From Octopus sinensis (taxonomy: Eukaryota), in assembly GCF_006345805.1 (NCBI RefSeq), contig NC_043012.1, forward strand, positions 1,674,001 through 1,738,000: 64,000 nucleotides of DNA, written 5' to 3'. Under the pieces are notes generated by a model. That model saw nothing but the letters and a program-made list of their open reading frames with translations, was not told the origin of the DNA and did not search any database. Of this stretch, positions 63,551-64,000 are shown in pieces (within the stretch, counting starts at the first letter, position 1; each line of letters opens with the position of its first letter). The translations under genes and the position numbers were made by a program.

Positions 63551-64000
63551 CTGGAAAAAAAAAATAAACAAATAAAATAGGCACCACACAATGTGATTGG
63601 GAAGCCAACTTCTCAACCACACAACCATGCAAGCCTCATCATATGTGTGTGTAAACTCTTAACTTTTATTCTTTTATTCATTTCAGCCATGTGGGCACCA
63701 CTATATATGTGGTGTATACATGTGTGTGTGTGTGTGTGTGTGAGTGTGTGTATATATATCAGTGGCAACTCTGGCACTTGGGTTGTTTGGGCTTAGCCTA
63801 AGTATAAATTTAGTAAAACATCACCTTACTGGCAGTTGTGCTGGTGGCACATGAAAAAATATTCGAGTGAGGTCGTTGCCAGTGCCGCTTGTGGCACATA
63901 AAAAGCACCAATTGAGCATGGCCGTTGTCAGTACTACCTGACTGGTCTTCGTGCCGGTGGCATGCAAAAGCACCCACTACATTCTCGGAGAGGTTGGCGT

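Overview
Eukaryotic, AT-rich, repeat-dense genomic DNA. The SINE families and microsatellite style suggest an octopod cephalopod (inference from recognition, not a search). Almost the whole window is one minus-strand gene, a YTHDC2 ortholog (R3H-linker, DEAH/RHA helicase with ankyrin insert, HA2/OB, YTH). I reconstructed it by hand as 31 GT-AG exons from 63550 to the stop at 6894. The exons total 4906 nt and give about 1634 aa in-window with every intron phase compatible; the 5' exons lie beyond 64000. All helicase motifs are intact. Two protein features stand out: a Trp-to-Tyr change at the second aromatic-cage position of the YTH m6A pocket, and a ~310-aa Gly/Asn/Ser/Ala-rich prion-like C-terminal extension. 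The introns hold at least four SINE families, a defective Tc1 transposon nested in a Tigger-like MITE, three Helitron derivatives (one with a PIF1 helicase fragment, one with a palindromic double-CTAG end), piggyBac- and mariner-type MITEs, a CR1 3' end, a 5S rRNA copy abutting a SINE, a tRNA-Ser(AGA) relic and several minisatellites. There is no CRISPR array and no second protein-coding host gene I can support. I found no clear wholly new biological system; the best leads are the YTHDC2 variants and several repeat architectures.
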